The notes under the pieces were generated by a model that did not search any database, was not told the DNA's origin, and saw only the letters and a list, made by a program, of their open reading frames with translations. From Botryllus schlosseri (lineage: Eukaryota): a stretch of 64,000 nucleotides of DNA. This document shows positions 61,995 through 64,000 of the stretch, piece after piece; positions within the stretch are counted from its first letter, which is position 1; each line of letters starts with the position of its first letter. Position numbers and translations under genes: made by a program. Where the stretch lies: contig CM119371.1 of NCBI GenBank assembly GCA_051294905.1, positions 39,434,001-39,498,000 on the forward strand. The letters are read 5' to 3'.

Positions 61995-63602
61995 CACTGG
62001 CGTAGCAGCATGTGCTGCCGCCCCTGGCTCTCGCTCAAAATGCCGCCCCCTAAGTAGACCGCAACTAATATCAATATAGATTCATGGCAAGAAATAGCGA
62101 ACGAATGTATTATGCAAATAGAAAATCAATAGCCGTCTCAAAACTTAACTTTTCGGGCTTTGCCGATGCAAAATCAGCGATAATATCCTCAAATTCAAGA
62201 TTTTGAACATAGACTCTTTCTATAGACTAGTGGTTCTCAACTGGGGGTCCGCGGACCCCTGGTGGTCCACGAAGCATTTTCAGGGGGTCTGCGAAGCCTC
62301 TGGTCATTGTAGGCTAAAGTCATTGGTAACCTAATTTACATTTTTTAATTAGGAAAAGCATGGGACAGTTTTCGCTTCGCTTCATAATTACTAAAACTTT
62401 AGGACTCACGTCATTAAAATGGTCGTCTGAGATGAAATATCCGACTGTGCAAACTCATTTTATTGTCAACTTACCATAATAGCATGCTGATGCAAACATA
62501 TATTACTGTTTATAAATGTTTTGTTAAGGTTTCTGAAAAATTAAATGTTGGAGATAGCAATTTGGATTTGCAGTTGTCAGTCGCAGCAAATTTGTAAACA
62601 TTCGTTAGAAATAGAAGTTCCTGAACTTTTTTCCTGGTATGTCCCAATGAAGGAATTGAAACCGCGCCGTCACGAAATCCATTTTCTTCTGTGATATAAT
62701 CACTAAATACCTTCAAGATGAGATGCTAGATAGAAATGACTATATAAACATGATGACATGATATGTTCATAACAAACACACACCAAAAGCTATCGTCGGA
62801 AGCGTTACGCGTTATTATTACATTCGCCACCAATATATCTTTGTGGAAATGGACTTTCGGCACACGTTCATATGCAATCAAAGACGAGAATTTTCAAGAC
62901 AATAAATACAGGTGGAAAATTCGTTTCGAAATATTAAAAGTCTACCCAATTTCGACATATAGTGTGATGTTATTTGGAATAAAATTCATTTTCTGACTGT
63001 TTATTACTAACCTAAAATCAATGTTTGCACGAGACAGTTGACGGTTGCACGATAATTGAGATAATTTTGAACGAAAACTTGCGGGGGTCCACGGGGGTAT
63101 GTGGCGGTCCAAAAGTGGTCCACGAAGACAAAAAGGTTGAGAACCACTGCTATCAATAGAGCTGATAGCCGATCATCATTCATGGTAGAACGTAAATAAG
63201 ACTTAATCAGTTTGAGTTTTGAAAAGCTCGCGCAGCTCTCAATTGAAACACCAATGGTCAGATGAAGTTCCAGACACGAGTATAAATATAGTGTCGAATG
63301 AAGTAGCTTTGCATTAACTAACCAACCAACCATAGCTAGGAACACGCGGCCTTGGCGGCTATTTCGGAATGGTTCCATTGTCATGTTAACATATTAATTC
63401 GTGTTTTCGGAATTAGCGTGACACTAGCTTTCGTTGAAGGCCAGTTTGATTCAATTTTAGCTCACGGGACGCCAGCTATAGGACTAGCAATTACGCTGCT
63501 TTAGCCGGCTGTGTACACTGCGTTAGCCTCATTTTGCCGCCCCCTTGGAGCCTGCCGCCCCTGGCGCAGAGCCAGAACCTCCAAGTGGCTGCTACGCCAC
63601 TG
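61995..63602 (-). mobile_element. deleted hAT (Tip100/ZMYM1-like) element with dimerization-domain remnant
   Basis: CA(C)TGGCGTAGCAGC...GCTGCTACGCCACTG, TSD CATGCATC/CATGCAGC; SFSKLKLIKSYLRSTMNDDRLSAL/SIERVYVQNLEFEDIIADFA split by an insertion. Confidence 0.82.
62228..63149. mobile_element. Charlie-like hAT MITE inside the previous element
   Basis: TAGTGGTTCTCAAC...GTTGAGAACCACTG, GGTCCGCGGACCCC motifs; TSD only partly preserved (CTAT). Confidence 0.8.
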
Positions 63603-63766
63603 CATGCAGCTTGAATGATATCATCGCCAAGGCATCATTTTAATAATATTCATGCATTTAATATAAATATATGACTCCAGAAAGTTACTTGTATATGTTT
63701 GTATGCATATTCTTATTTAATTGCTGACGCAGAGTCCAAGTCCACACTGGGACTACTTTCTCACAA

Positions 63767-64000
63767 GAGAGAGAGTCTTTATTTTCATCGAACCAAAATA
63801 CGTAACAAACGGCAGTGATGGTGGTACAGAAAATATGCGTGCACAGTATTCGGTATTAGATAGGAATGATCGATAAGACCATGAAGGTCATCTAGTCTGA
63901 TCACACCAGCATCAAACAGATACACTTGACTCAGAACAGTCTGGCTGTAAGAAATGTTTAGTTAGGAAAGGAAAATAGAAAAAAAAATTAAACAATGGTA
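63767..64000 (-). mobile_element. CR1-like retroposon 3' end
   Basis: Minus strand GACTAGATGACC-TTCAT-GGTC stem-loop, then AATAAA and a (CT)n tail. Confidence 0.5.

Overview
Eukaryotic, AT-rich, animal-type genomic DNA (spliceosomal introns, TTAGGG-like repeats, tRNA-derived SINEs); no prokaryotic features. The window is mostly nested transposons plus decayed host genes. Main contents: (1) a Mutator/MULE element with inverted 9-10 bp tandem arrays and an intact PHD + OTU-protease + DDE transposase ORF (2304-5237, -); (2) a young, gag-only BEL/Pao LTR element with TSD (7228-10523); (3) three hAT MITEs nested inside each other (10756-13139); (4) a cyclin Y (CCNY) pseudogene of 8 exon types (39032-17565, -) with exons 5-7 tandemly duplicated, running directly into an apparently intronless, frameshifted DCAF1/VprBP fragment (~17560-15745, -); (5) a palindromic hATm-like element made of two left halves (35245-37968); (6) a 9 kb hAT shell holding a CACTA MITE, a telomere-repeat MITE and a second MULE with DDE + Ulp1 protease + PHD (44597-50430); (7) a THAP/P-element with a convergent second gene and an adjacent P-type excision footprint (51579-55961), within a probable 10.8 kb EnSpm-type shell; plus many MITEs, SINEs and LINE 3' ends. 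Protein family calls are from manual translation and remembered motifs, not from database searches.
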